Part shown: positions 1 to 10,328 of the stretch, piece after piece
Numbering within the stretch: the first letter of the stretch is position 1
How the letters are laid out: each line of letters starts with the position of its first letter
Origin: an uncultured Planctomycetia bacterium
GTDB taxonomy: Bacteria > Planctomycetota > Planctomycetia > CAXEIY01
Length of the DNA: 64,000 bases
Assembly: GCA_963996245.1 (NCBI GenBank)
Contig: CAXEIY010000213.1
Span: 1,371-65,370, forward strand
Direction: 5' to 3'
Made by a program: the position numbers and the translations under genes
Notes under the pieces: generated by a model
Seen by the model: the letters and a program-made list of their open reading frames with translations, nothing else
The model's database searches: none
Told to the model about the DNA's origin: nothing

Positions 1-584
1 ACTCTATTCGATCAAAAATTCTGGAAGGTCTTCCGACAGCTGGACTACCGCCAGTAATGCGCAACTGGACTGAATATACTTGGTTAGTGAACCATCTTAT
101 CCAAACGGGTTTTATTAATACTGTTCGTGAAATCTGGTGGGATGTCCGCCCTCATCATCAATTTGGAACGGTTGAAGTCCGAGTATGTGACATACCTGGA
201 AATCTACACGACACGCTAGGGCTGGTAGCCCTGGTCCAGTGCCTTGTGAAAACTCTTTCAGACCGGATTGATAGAGGAACATATCAATCGGAACATCATT
301 CCATGATGGTGAGACAAAATAAGTGGCGTGCTTGTCGGTTTGGTGTCCATGCTCAACTTGTCGATTCTTCAACTTACGAAGTAAGGTCCGTAGAACAGAT
401 CACAGAACGTCTAATCACAATGGTTATGCCCGTTGCACGACAACTTGACTGTGAATCTTTTCTGGAACGGGTGCGAATGCTAGCCAAGGGACCAGACTGG
501 GCTGACCGACAACTTACAACACGCCAAAACAACCCAAATCCCGAAGCCTTAGTAAAATGGATGACTCTACAATCGAAACTATAA
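1..584 (+). CDS. Carboxylate-amine ligase / glutamate-cysteine ligase family 2 (YbdK-like), C-terminal part; 5' end lies upstream of the window
   Basis: The ORF is open to the window start. The 'EIWWDVRPHHQFGTVEVRVCD' segment matches the conserved GCS2/YbdK block (WWDIRP..FGTVEVR). Confidence 0.7.
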   Translation, partial: SIRSKILEGLPTAGLPPVMRNWTEYTWLVNHLIQTGFINTVREIWWDVRPHHQFGTVEVRVCDIPGNLHDTLGLVALVQCLVKTLSDRIDRGTYQSEHHSMMVRQNKWRACRFGVHAQLVDSSTYEVRSVEQITERLITMVMPVARQLDCESFLERVRMLAKGPDWADRQLTTRQNNPNPEALVKWMTLQSKL

Positions 585-646
585 AATCTCGCAGGTTCGG
601 CTTACTCCTGTCCGCCAAAAACGCGGCCTGAATTCATGACACCACT

Positions 647-2125
647 TCAATCATAACCAGGCGGAGGTTGAAACCCGCCTATTTCATTGGTAAGAAGCCG
701 CGCAAAGTCGATTATCCTCAAGTCGTGCATCGACGGACCGATCATCTGAACGCCCACGGGTAGTCGGGATCTTGTACATCCCACAGGCGCCACGGTAGAA
801 GGTAAATAGACCACACTACTCATTCCCGCCCAAAACAATTGATCCATCGTGCATTGTGGCTTTCCATTTACGACAATGACACGATCTGGACGTTCTCCCT
901 GCTGGTCATGAAAGAAAGCTGCAGAGGAGGCAACAGGACATAGTAAAAGATCCCAGTCCTGAAAAAATTCATGCCATCGCCATCGCATCTTTGCTCGTTC
1001 TTCATTGACACTCATCCATTCGCGATGATATTGAACGGACGCACGAAGATTGCGCGCAAAGTAATCGTCATCGTCGGGCTTCAATGCCGCGGATTTCTTC
1101 CTGTTTTGTTCAAAACAATCCAGTGGTTGTCTCGCTGTTGTTACAGCTCGTAACAACTGAAGATAGACAGCATGCGAACGAGCTAGGTCGATGTCGGGCC
1201 TTGCAGAATCACTTACAACCACCCCTTTCCTGGCCATCATATCCACTACACGTTGAATCTGATCTCCATACTCTCCATCAACTGGACAGTTGTCGTCACT
1301 CAACATTACGGCTACACGGAATTCCGAAAGACGCCTCTTAATGGGCTTTACCAAATCCAATTTCCAGCCATCCGACTCCAGATCATCGGATCCTGCCATA
1401 CACTTCAGTGCCACCGCTAAATCATCGGCACCACGCGCCAAAGGACCCACAACGGCAATATCGGTATCTGCCAGATCACCCGGTAACGCCTGACCACGAA
1501 TCGGAACCACACCCCAAGTTGGTTTATGACCATAGACACCGCAGTAATGTGCCGGATTGCGAATCGACCCTCCAATATCACTGCCACTTTCAATGCCCGT
1601 CAAACCCGCACTCAATGCGGCAGCGGAACCTCCCGATGAGCCTCCCGGAACACGCTCCAGATCCCATGGATTCGAGGTCGTCCCATAAATCTCATTAAAC
1701 GTTTGCCAATCACCCAACAGAAGGGGAACATTGGTTTTTCCAAATAAGACTACTCCCGCCTTCAACATTCGATCCACAACGACAGCATTGGTCTGCGCGA
1801 CATGCGATTTGTATTCGGGGACACCCCAGGTTGTGGGCAATCCACTGACATCGTAACTCTCTTTGATGGTCATGGGGACACCATGCAGTGGCCCCCAGAT
1901 GTCACCTTTCTCCAATGCGACGTCTGCAGCCTCGGCTCGAATACGAGCGGCCTCCGTATTCCAGGCTATGATTGCATTAACGGATTCATTGTAACGACGA
2001 CACCGGTCAAGAAAGTACTCGAGAAGCTCAACACATCCAACCTCTTTATCCCGTACTTTTTTCGCCAGCTGAACCGCTGTCAAATGATGGAGCATGCTCA
2101 CCACACCCCCAGTTCTAACACCCAC
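647..2125 (-). CDS. Amidase (amidase-signature family, GatA-like)
   Basis: A 492-aa ORF carries the Gly/Ser-rich amidase signature 'GGSSGGSAAALSAGL'. The catalytic Ser-cisSer-Lys context is conserved. Confidence 0.85.
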   Translation of the reverse strand: MGVRTGGVVSMLHHLTAVQLAKKVRDKEVGCVELLEYFLDRCRRYNESVNAIIAWNTEAARIRAEAADVALEKGDIWGPLHGVPMTIKESYDVSGLPTTWGVPEYKSHVAQTNAVVVDRMLKAGVVLFGKTNVPLLLGDWQTFNEIYGTTSNPWDLERVPGGSSGGSAAALSAGLTGIESGSDIGGSIRNPAHYCGVYGHKPTWGVVPIRGQALPGDLADTDIAVVGPLARGADDLAVALKCMAGSDDLESDGWKLDLVKPIKRRLSEFRVAVMLSDDNCPVDGEYGDQIQRVVDMMARKGVVVSDSARPDIDLARSHAVYLQLLRAVTTARQPLDCFEQNRKKSAALKPDDDDYFARNLRASVQYHREWMSVNEERAKMRWRWHEFFQDWDLLLCPVASSAAFFHDQQGERPDRVIVVNGKPQCTMDQLFWAGMSSVVYLPSTVAPVGCTRSRLPVGVQMIGPSMHDLRIIDFARLLTNEIGGFQPPPGYD

Positions 2126-2231
2126 AAAAGGAGTGAAAAATTTTACCCGATCGCTCAGTTACCCAGAGTGCCAGACAGTTCAACACATGTGTTTACAACA
2201 AATCAAGACACAAAACCTAGCCTCCTCACCA

Positions 2232-3578
2232 TCAACGTGCTTCAAGGCTAGCACAGACCAATTCCTTGTCGTTGCGCGCGAAGACGTGTCGATAGGCGAA
2301 TGCGGGATGAGACCAGCAAACCCCGGGTTGTAGTCTACCGGAACGTGAAGGTAGTTGATTCAATGTCGGTTCAATAAGTTTTGCGCGACTGATTTCTTCA
2401 AAACCTCCGGGAGATAATCGGCTGATAATCAACTCACCACGCTCGTTAAACATCCACACTTTATCAGCATTACGAACAAAATAAATGTTGCTCCATCGCG
2501 CCTTGGGGACAGCGGTTAAGTCTTCCCAAACACGATCGCCCGTCGTGGCTTCCAGACATCGCAACTCACCATAACTATCACATCCATAAATGTAATTTCC
2601 ATCGAGAAAAGGCGTCGACATGATACTGTGCAAACTATCTGTCTTCCGCTCGCTGCCTCCGCGTCGTCGCCATACTTTTTCAATTGTGGGTTGTGATCTG
2701 TCGATCTTTAACATCAAGGATCCGTCATAAAATCCGGTTACAAAGAGATGATCGTTTTCCACAACAGGAGAAGCGATAGCTAAAACCATATTCACAGGTG
2801 TGTACACATGCTCCCAGTACAACTGAGCGGTCTGTGGATTTAATCCTACAATCCGATCACCTGTCCAACATACCAACACGCGTTGACCACCTTGTTCAAT
2901 CATGATGGGAGCGGAGTAGGATGTTCTATCGGCCAAAGCATGCCATTGTTCTTTTCCAGTCACTTTGTTAAACGCAACAAGACAAGACTCATTTTCTCCC
3001 CCAATTTGCACAATAACCAAATCACCTTCAATCAACGGCGCTGAGGCTATGCCCCATATTGGCATTCGAATGGTGTATTGTGCATCAAGATCATGCCCCC
3101 AAAGTACTTCACCGCTGGCAGCATCAAAACAATATAAGTGTCCCATCGTCCCTAAAGAGTAGGCACGTCCTTCATCAAGCGTAACCGATGCCCTTGGCCC
3201 TGCTGTATAACCCACATTACGGTAAACACAGTCATATGAGTAGGACCAGACTGCATCTCCGGTGTTTGCATCAAAGCAATGTACACGTTCTATCTGGTCC
3301 GGCTCAATGACCCTGTCCGATACGTAGACCAAACCATTGGCCACAGTAGGTCCGCTATAGCCACTCGATATTTCTGTACGCCATTTAATCTTGAGCTCTG
3401 ATGACTCAAAGGACTCCACGATTCCCGTTTCGTTCCACACACCATCTCGCCCGGGCCCACGCCACTGCGGCCATTCGTCTGCAATAACAGTCGTGGTCCA
3501 TACCATTAGCATCAACAGCAAAGCCAGTGGTTCCCTCTCCAATATTTGCCTGCTCTTTTTCTTCATCACTGATACCAC
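2232..3578 (-). CDS. PQQ-like beta-propeller repeat protein (BamB-like), secreted
   Basis: An N-terminal signal peptide is followed by a WPQWRGPGRDG motif. Repeated 'G.VY..S.DG.LYA(F)DA.TG..LW' PQQ-type propeller blades follow. Confidence 0.7.
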   Translation of the reverse strand: MVSVMKKKSRQILEREPLALLLMLMVWTTTVIADEWPQWRGPGRDGVWNETGIVESFESSELKIKWRTEISSGYSGPTVANGLVYVSDRVIEPDQIERVHCFDANTGDAVWSYSYDCVYRNVGYTAGPRASVTLDEGRAYSLGTMGHLYCFDAASGEVLWGHDLDAQYTIRMPIWGIASAPLIEGDLVIVQIGGENESCLVAFNKVTGKEQWHALADRTSYSAPIMIEQGGQRVLVCWTGDRIVGLNPQTAQLYWEHVYTPVNMVLAIASPVVENDHLFVTGFYDGSLMLKIDRSQPTIEKVWRRRGGSERKTDSLHSIMSTPFLDGNYIYGCDSYGELRCLEATTGDRVWEDLTAVPKARWSNIYFVRNADKVWMFNERGELIISRLSPGGFEEISRAKLIEPTLNQLPSRSGRLQPGVCWSHPAFAYRHVFARNDKELVCASLEAR

Positions 3579-3849
3579 TCCTGAAACGCAATTCTTGGCG
3601 TATAGGCCCTGTGCCCCTTATTGCCCCAGATCTACCCGGAAAACTGGAACTTACTCATGTCTTCGGCGCGTAGAACAAATGCAAACCACTGGTTAGCCTT
3701 ACCGCCGAAGTATCATCGTACCACTTGTGGCTGCTGACACTAGTCATTCCGGCAGAAAAGATACTTCAGAAATCAGGGTGTCCAAGTATCGTCTTAGCTC
3801 AAGGCAGATCGTATACCCAAACTTAAACGCACCCCAATAACCGTCGTTA

Positions 3850-4518
3850 TTATTTTTCAGGAACCGGCAACTGCTCCAGTACCGAATCAATCAAGCCGTA
3901 TTCCTGCGATTCTTCTGCAGACATAAATTTGTCGCGATCCGTATCCTGCTCAATCTGTTCCAGTGATTGCCCGGTATGTTTAATTAGAATTTCATTCAAA
4001 CGGCGTTTGAGTCGAATGAACTCTTTCGCATGAATGCTGATATCTTCGGCTGTCCCTTCCATCCCAGCCAGTGGCTGGTGGATCATAATGCGTGAGTTAG
4101 GTAGAGAGTGGCGACGTCCGGCCTTCCCTGCAGCTAACAGCACAGCTCCCATGCTCGCAGCCTGACCTACACAGTAAGTTGCCACACCGCATGTAAGAAA
4201 CTGCATCGTATCGTAAATCGCCATACCCGCACTAACCGATCCCCCAGGTGAATTGATGTATAGGCTGATTTCCTTCTTAGAATCTTCATGATGGAGAAAA
4301 AGCATTTGGGCCACCATGAGATTTGCCACCGTATCATCAATCGCAGAACCGAGAAAAATAATGCGGTCTCTTAGCAAACGACTGAAGATATCCATGGCAC
4401 GTTCTTCACGACCACTTTTTTCGATTACAAACGGAACTAAGGCTCCTTGTAATGACCCGGAATTGTGTGATTGAGCATGCATTGGATTCTCATTTAATCG
4501 ATAGAGGAGATCTTTCAT
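3850..4518 (-). CDS. clpP: ATP-dependent Clp protease proteolytic subunit
   Basis: The ClpP core is present: '[10 protein letters not shown]', 'YINSPGGSV', '[15 protein letters not shown]' (catalytic Ser) and 'IMIHQPLAG' (catalytic His). Confidence 0.9.
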   Translation of the reverse strand: MKDLLYRLNENPMHAQSHNSGSLQGALVPFVIEKSGREERAMDIFSRLLRDRIIFLGSAIDDTVANLMVAQMLFLHHEDSKKEISLYINSPGGSVSAGMAIYDTMQFLTCGVATYCVGQAASMGAVLLAAGKAGRRHSLPNSRIMIHQPLAGMEGTAEDISIHAKEFIRLKRRLNEILIKHTGQSLEQIEQDTDRDKFMSAEESQEYGLIDSVLEQLPVPEK

Positions 4519-5171
4519 TTCTTTTCCTCCTCTTCGGGAAGTCCCAGAATCTCATCAATTAATCCGTACTCTACCGCTTCTTTGCCACCCATAATCCGAT
4601 CACGCTGTGTGTCTTTCTCAATCCGTTCCGTGGATTGCCCCGTATGCTGGGCAAGAATCGTATTTAGCTGTTCTCGCGTATTAATAATGTCTTCTGCCTG
4701 AATCTCTATGTCTGAAACCTGCCCACCCACGGAACCCCACGGTTGATGGATCATGACCTTTGAATGAGGTAATGCGAATCGCTTCCCCTTAGTCCCGCCA
4801 GCCAAAAGAATTGCAGCACCACTGGAAGCCTGCCCAACGCAGTAGGTAGCAATGTCACATGCAACAAACTGCATGGCATCGTAGATAGCCAGACTTGCAG
4901 TAACCGATCCACCCGGACTGTTGATGTAAAGATGGATATCCTGCTTGGCATTCTCTGACTGCAAATGCAGCATTTTCATAACAATAATGTTTGCCAGCAA
5001 ATCGGTAATAATGCCCTGGGGCTCCTGGTATTCTTGGGTTCCTCCCAAAAAGATAATACGATTATCCAACAACAAATCACTCAACGTCATTTGTCGTTGC
5101 CTTTGATAGTCGCGGTACCCCTGCGCCCGCCAATCCGGATCCCTAAGTCCGAAAGGATTATTCATAGTCAA
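4515..5171 (-). CDS. clpP: ATP-dependent Clp protease proteolytic subunit, second paralog with N-terminal extension
   Basis: '[17 protein letters not shown]', '[15 protein letters not shown]' and 'VMIHQPWG' motifs are present. Its stop overlaps the start of the downstream clpP (ATGA). Confidence 0.9.
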   Translation of the reverse strand: MTMNNPFGLRDPDWRAQGYRDYQRQRQMTLSDLLLDNRIIFLGGTQEYQEPQGIITDLLANIIVMKMLHLQSENAKQDIHLYINSPGGSVTASLAIYDAMQFVACDIATYCVGQASSGAAILLAGGTKGKRFALPHSKVMIHQPWGSVGGQVSDIEIQAEDIINTREQLNTILAQHTGQSTERIEKDTQRDRIMGGKEAVEYGLIDEILGLPEEEEKK

Positions 5172-5362
5172 GCCACTGCCTTTATCCAGAACGCATGTAA
5201 TGCAGGATCGACTGCCTTGTGCGATCCTATCTTCTTTCCCAATTCATCAATTTCTACTTACTTCTATCAAGCCTTCCATACTTCAAGCCTGGTTACACTC
5301 AGATGGGAAAAACGCGAACAACCAGGCCTCACCTTCCTTGGAATTTTCGTTCAATGCTGTCT

Positions 5363-7003
5363 TCAGGAACTTTCTTTTTCCTCAGTTCCTTTTTCCTCAG
5401 TTGCGTCGTCCTCGGTTGCTTCTGATTCGTCTTCTGATTCGTCTTCTGATTCCAGTTCCTCTGGAATATCTCCACTGGCATGTTCTGCCACCGCTTCGAC
5501 CTGTGTCAGATCATCTTCTTCAAAAGGAATATCTTCATACTCAGCATATTCCAGTATGCAGTCGATTGCTTTTCGTTCCAAAATCTGGGTCGAAAGATCA
5601 TCCATCAGATTATCTTTCTGCAATCGTGCACGCGTTCGCCTTGGTGACTCTCCAGCCTGCGCTGCCAGCAAACGAATTTCCTCTTCAATATCGCTGGGCT
5701 CTATTTCAACCTTTTCCATTTCGGCAATTCGATCCAGCATGAAATGCTCGGCCAAAGTCTGGCGAGTCGACTCCAAACTGTTTTGCCACAGATGCGCTTC
5801 GCGCGCGCGAATTTCTGCCTCACCGAATCCGGACCGCCGCATCTCCATCACGCGATGGGACAAAGCCACACGTGCCTGCCGTCTCATAACACCTTCAGGA
5901 AGGTCCCATTCTTTCACATTGACCAGCTTCTCTATAACCTGCTTCCTCGCAGAACTACGCTGCTCGTACTCCAACCGTCGTTCCAAAGCGCGTCGTACCG
6001 CTCCGCGCATCTCTTCTGCAGTTTCACAACCAAAACGTTCGAGAAACGGTCGTGTCAGCTCAGGCAACTGCAACGACTTCACTTCCTTAATCTCAAACAC
6101 GGCTTCGAGCTCATTACCACGAAGTTCTTCGTTCATCGCTTCCTGAGAAATCTTGACCTTCAGCTTTTTCACATCTCCTGCAGTAACACCTTTCATTGAC
6201 CGGTCAAATTTCTCGATATTTCCATCGTGAAATCTCAGAACCGGTTGCAACCGCAGTGTTAGTTCATCACGGCGGTTCACTTCCTGATCCCCGTTAAAAA
6301 AGGCCACATCCGTGGTGATATAATCGCCTGGACGTGCCGGTTCTTCGCGGGACAGTAACGTACCATGTTCACTGAGAAACAGCTCCAGCTGGCGTTCGAC
6401 ATCGTCATCTGAAAATTCCCGCAAAGGTCTCGTGATCGCAAGACCCTTGTACTCTGGAACATCGAATTCGGGTCGAACCTCGACATTGAACTCATATTCC
6501 ATAGAGCCTTCGTCTGGCAATTCAATCTTTCTCGGGTTGATGTCCGGTTCGGAAATCGGCTGCAGTTCATAATCTTCCATTATCTGCTGCAGACTCGCCA
6601 TCAACAACGAGCTCTTAACCTGATCGACCACATCTCTACGATATCGTCTTTCAATAAGCTTACGGGGGGCATATCCCGGACGAAAACCGGGTACGGAGGC
6701 CGTATCCACCAACTCGCTGAATGCCTCGTCATACTGTGATTCGATGTCCTCCCGGGGAATCGAGACTTTGATATGACGCTTGCAGGGTCCTGCATCATCA
6801 ATTTCTACAACCTGAGATAACCGCGCGCCTTGTTCGTCATCTTCTGGTTCTTGACCCTGACTTCCATCAAAATCATGCTGATCATCAGACGCGATCTCAG
6901 CCTGTTTTGCTTCTTCACCCTGGTCATCTGTATCCGATGATACAACTGTTGACTCATCACGTTCAGAGGAGTCTCGCTCTTTGTTCGATTGTTTGTCTGG
7001 CAA
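5363..7003 (-). CDS. tig: Trigger factor with acidic N- and C-terminal extensions
   Basis: The N-domain, PPIase-like and C-domain architecture of trigger factor is visible ('GFRPGYAPRKLIERRY', 'TRPLREFSDDDVERQLE'). The gene sits immediately upstream of clpP-clpP in the conserved tig-clpP arrangement. About 70 aa of D/E-rich N-terminus and an ESEDESEDESE tail are present. Confidence 0.8.
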   Translation of the reverse strand: MPDKQSNKERDSSERDESTVVSSDTDDQGEEAKQAEIASDDQHDFDGSQGQEPEDDEQGARLSQVVEIDDAGPCKRHIKVSIPREDIESQYDEAFSELVDTASVPGFRPGYAPRKLIERRYRRDVVDQVKSSLLMASLQQIMEDYELQPISEPDINPRKIELPDEGSMEYEFNVEVRPEFDVPEYKGLAITRPLREFSDDDVERQLELFLSEHGTLLSREEPARPGDYITTDVAFFNGDQEVNRRDELTLRLQPVLRFHDGNIEKFDRSMKGVTAGDVKKLKVKISQEAMNEELRGNELEAVFEIKEVKSLQLPELTRPFLERFGCETAEEMRGAVRRALERRLEYEQRSSARKQVIEKLVNVKEWDLPEGVMRRQARVALSHRVMEMRRSGFGEAEIRAREAHLWQNSLESTRQTLAEHFMLDRIAEMEKVEIEPSDIEEEIRLLAAQAGESPRRTRARLQKDNLMDDLSTQILERKAIDCILEYAEYEDIPFEEDDLTQVEAVAEHASGDIPEELESEDESEDESEATEDDATEEKGTEEKESS

Positions 7004-7568
7004 CGTTCATCCCAATATAGACAGCAATCCACGAATCGTTGCGCCAAGCGCAACTGGTACTAGCGGCTGTGAGAACCTGCTGTAGCCTTACTCACCCGCA
7101 TACGCAAACCAACAAGAATAATTATGCGCACCTCACGAATTCTATACCGCCACCTTTAATTATTGCAAGGGCTTTAATGAATCTGGAACGACACACGGGC
7201 TATCTTTGTGACTGCCAGGCTACTCAGAAAGACTCGTTTTTAATTCACACAGGGCCGTTTCCTCCAAGTTATTCTTTCGCTAAACCACCATACGAAGTCG
7301 AATTCCTTCGGAAGGATTCCGATCACTCCGAGGATCGAAAACGGCCCTGTTGCAACAGCCATTCGATCGATTTGCTGAAAGAAATACGAGTGCCATAGCC
7401 GTGCTCAAAAGAAATGGTAAGATGACTGTGGGTAGTCAGGATTTCCTGTTACCTGATGACCCTCTGACCAAACAAGCAGCACACAATACGGCTAATTCCA
7501 AACACTCGTCATACCATATTGTCTTTTTCCTTAAAGCGTTATCCTAATCACGACGAGGAACAAGAACC

Positions 7569-8651
7569 ATGACGCTTAACATCATTCGAGCGGTTTTCCT
7601 GGTCGCGATAGTGAGCGCCGCTAGCGCCATGTCATTTGATTATGCAGACATGCACTATGGTTCTGACCAAACTCCTACTGACGCACCCAGTGGATCGATT
7701 ATTCCTTTGGCCATTGTACTTGTAGTTTTTCTTCTATCAGTGCTCACTATCGCAATTGATCTTTGGTTACCAAATAAAAAGATTTCAACTATATCCGCTA
7801 TTTTTTTTGGTCTCATTGTAGGCTTGATTCTGACCTATCTTTTTCAAATTACAGGTACCGCTGTTTTTACAGAAATGGGGATTCACCCTTCGATGCAGCG
7901 CTGGATCTATGTCATCGCAAGTGTTTTACTATCCTATATTTGTGTCACGGTTCTGTTACAAACTCAGGGGCAATTCCGATTTGTGATCCCCTACGTCGAA
8001 TTTTCAAAAGAGATCAAAGGATTCAAACCCCTTGTTCTTGACACCAGTGTGATTATTGACGGCCGCATTGCAGACATCTGTAATACCCATATTCTTGACA
8101 GCCCTCTGGTAATTCCAGATTTCGTACTTAACGAACTTCAAGGCATTGCAGACAGCAATGACAAATTAAAACGCAATCGCGGTCGGCGTGGACTTGAAAT
8201 TTTGAAAACACTTCAAAAAAGTCCGGACACGGAATATCAGGTCCATGATGAACAACTGCCCGAATTAGCCGGCCAAAGCGTTGATCAGCAAGTCGTCCTG
8301 CTCGCTAAACATCTTCGTGGGAAAGTCGTAACCAATGACTATAACCTGAATCAAATGGCACAGGTTCAGGGAGTGAATGCCATCAACATTAACGAGTTGT
8401 CCAACGCCGTCAAACCGGTGGTCCTGCATGGTGAATCATTGCAGGTAAAACTCATTAAAGAAGGCGAGGAATCTGGCCAGGGCGTGGGTTATCTTGACGA
8501 CGGAACCATGGTCGTTGTGGAAGACGGTCGTTCGGAAGTTGGACAAGACATCCTGTTGACTGTTACCAGTGTTCTGCAAACCAGTGCCGGAAGAATGATC
8601 TTTGGCAAATTTGAGAGACTGTTGCGTCCCGCTAATTCCCTGCAACACTGA
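7569..8651 (+). CDS. Membrane-anchored PIN + TRAM domain protein (YacL-like)
   Basis: Three or four N-terminal TM helices are followed by a PIN domain ('LVLDTSVIIDGRI') and a C-terminal TRAM-like beta-barrel ('GQDILLTVTSVLQTSAGRMIFGKF'). Confidence 0.7.
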   Translation: MTLNIIRAVFLVAIVSAASAMSFDYADMHYGSDQTPTDAPSGSIIPLAIVLVVFLLSVLTIAIDLWLPNKKISTISAIFFGLIVGLILTYLFQITGTAVFTEMGIHPSMQRWIYVIASVLLSYICVTVLLQTQGQFRFVIPYVEFSKEIKGFKPLVLDTSVIIDGRIADICNTHILDSPLVIPDFVLNELQGIADSNDKLKRNRGRRGLEILKTLQKSPDTEYQVHDEQLPELAGQSVDQQVVLLAKHLRGKVVTNDYNLNQMAQVQGVNAININELSNAVKPVVLHGESLQVKLIKEGEESGQGVGYLDDGTMVVVEDGRSEVGQDILLTVTSVLQTSAGRMIFGKFERLLRPANSLQH

Positions 8652-8794
8652 GATGCATCCCACGCATCAGGTACATAATCCGACCTCTGTCCTACAACAG
8701 AGGCAGATTACTGGATTTGCGCAAACCAGCCAAAATTCAGCCCTCGCCTTGAATAGGCCGATGACTACAACAAAAGTACGGGCAAACGACTTAC

Positions 8795-10141
8795 TTAAAT
8801 ACTCCAACCTTTTCGATATTCCCGTCGGATATAGGAATCTGCTTCACCACAATTGGTAGCACGCAGTTGCAGATCATCCCAAACCAACTTTTCCCCGCCA
8901 AGACGATAGGAAACATTGCCGAGCAGAACTGTTTCCGTCAAGGCACCAGAATAATCAAAATTACATGTCGTATTATCGCGATGCTTCACAGCTTCAATAA
9001 ATTCGGCATGATGTCCCAGTGAATTTGGAATGGTTGGAGCAGGAGAAGCAAAAGCAGAACCTTCCGTCATAAAAACTTTCTTAGAACCGTAATCAGCCAG
9101 CAATCGACCCTTTTCTCCCTCAAAAAGAACAGCGGATCCTTTTCCATCCCCATATTCGGTAAATTCTGAGGGACGATAATCGCCCTGATACCATGTCAGA
9201 TGAACCGGAGGAAGATCATCCCGGGCAGGATAACGATAGTCGACTCGCATGTGATTTGGACACTCATTGTCACCTTCATGTCCTTTTTCCCCGGAAGCCT
9301 GAACCGTCTCCGGAGCCCTCAACTGAAGCGCCCAGTGGGGTAGATCCATATAATGGCACCCAAAGTCACCCAAGTTGCCGTTGCCAAAATCCCACCAATA
9401 TCTCCAGTTAAAATGGAAATGATCGCTGCTAAATGGTCGCATTGGTGCCGGTCCAGTCCAAAGGTCATAATTGATATGCGGGGGAACCGGACCTGTTTTG
9501 GATTCTGAAAACACCCGAACCTTACCGCCATACCAGACATGAACACGCGTAACGGCACCGAGCGCACCAGACTGTACGATCTCGACCGCACGACGATAAT
9601 TATCTCCTGCGTGAATCTGGGTTCCCAGTTGCGTTACTGCTTTTTGCCGTGCAGTCCATTCCCTGATGTGTCGCGCTTCCCATACGGAGTGCGCCAAGGG
9701 CTTCTCGCAATAGACATCGAAGCCTGCCTGCAATGCCGCTATTACCGGAAAGAAATGCATGTGGTCAGGTGTTGAAACCACCACACAATCAAGATCCGAA
9801 TGATCGATAACGCGTCGATAGTCATCATAGGCACTGGCAGACGGATACTGTTCCATTGCCATCCCAAGTCGTTGTGAATCGATATCACACAAAGCAACTA
9901 TATTTTCCGATGAAACGCCCGAAAGATTGGAAGCTCCACGAGCAGCTACCCCAATTACTCCTACATTCAGTTTCTCATTTGGAGATTTAGAAAGCGCAGG
10001 AACGCTGTCAGCTCCAACGGGATCCTGACAAGGGATTACAGAAATCGCTGTTCCCGCTAATGTTGCCTGACGAAGGAACTGTCGCCGACTGAAGGCTGCG
10101 CGCATTGTTTGCTCCTTGTTAAAAAGTCGCTTTTCCACCAA
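8795..10141 (-). CDS. Gfo/Idh/MocA family oxidoreductase with Tat signal
   Basis: A twin-arginine leader 'RRQFLRQATLAGTA' is followed by an NAD-binding Rossmann fold 'LNVGVIGVAARG' and the EKP motif 'YCEKPLAHS'. Confidence 0.8.
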   Translation of the reverse strand: MVEKRLFNKEQTMRAAFSRRQFLRQATLAGTAISVIPCQDPVGADSVPALSKSPNEKLNVGVIGVAARGASNLSGVSSENIVALCDIDSQRLGMAMEQYPSASAYDDYRRVIDHSDLDCVVVSTPDHMHFFPVIAALQAGFDVYCEKPLAHSVWEARHIREWTARQKAVTQLGTQIHAGDNYRRAVEIVQSGALGAVTRVHVWYGGKVRVFSESKTGPVPPHINYDLWTGPAPMRPFSSDHFHFNWRYWWDFGNGNLGDFGCHYMDLPHWALQLRAPETVQASGEKGHEGDNECPNHMRVDYRYPARDDLPPVHLTWYQGDYRPSEFTEYGDGKGSAVLFEGEKGRLLADYGSKKVFMTEGSAFASPAPTIPNSLGHHAEFIEAVKHRDNTTCNFDYSGALTETVLLGNVSYRLGGEKLVWDDLQLRATNCGEADSYIRREYRKGWSI

Positions 10142-10328
10142 GTCTAAAGAATAACCTCGATCTGCGGCGTAAACCAGTCACGAAAGGACAACAAGGATAT
10201 GACTGATAGTGACGTCACGCAAAGAAAACCTAGTTCAACAAACGCGAGATTAAATTCCTACATCCAGCTTCACAACGTACAATAGTCTCTGTTACATAAC
10301 TCCCTGCACCATCACTGAAGTTTGTTTC

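Noticed and set aside
5380-5460. Short tandem direct repeats (gattcgtcttct...) that could suggest a repeat array
   Set aside because: They lie inside the tig coding frame and encode the ESEDESEDE acidic tail. They are not CRISPR or intergenic repeats.
4965-6146. 393-aa Ser-rich ORF on the plus strand
   Set aside because: It lies entirely antisense to clpP/tig. Its low-complexity Ser runs are the mirror of the acidic tig tail codons. It is an antisense artefact.
8684-8703. Hairpin CCTCTG-tcctacaa-CAGAGG between convergent genes as a bidirectional terminator
   Set aside because: It has a short stem and no flanking T/A tract on either strand. It is too weak to call.
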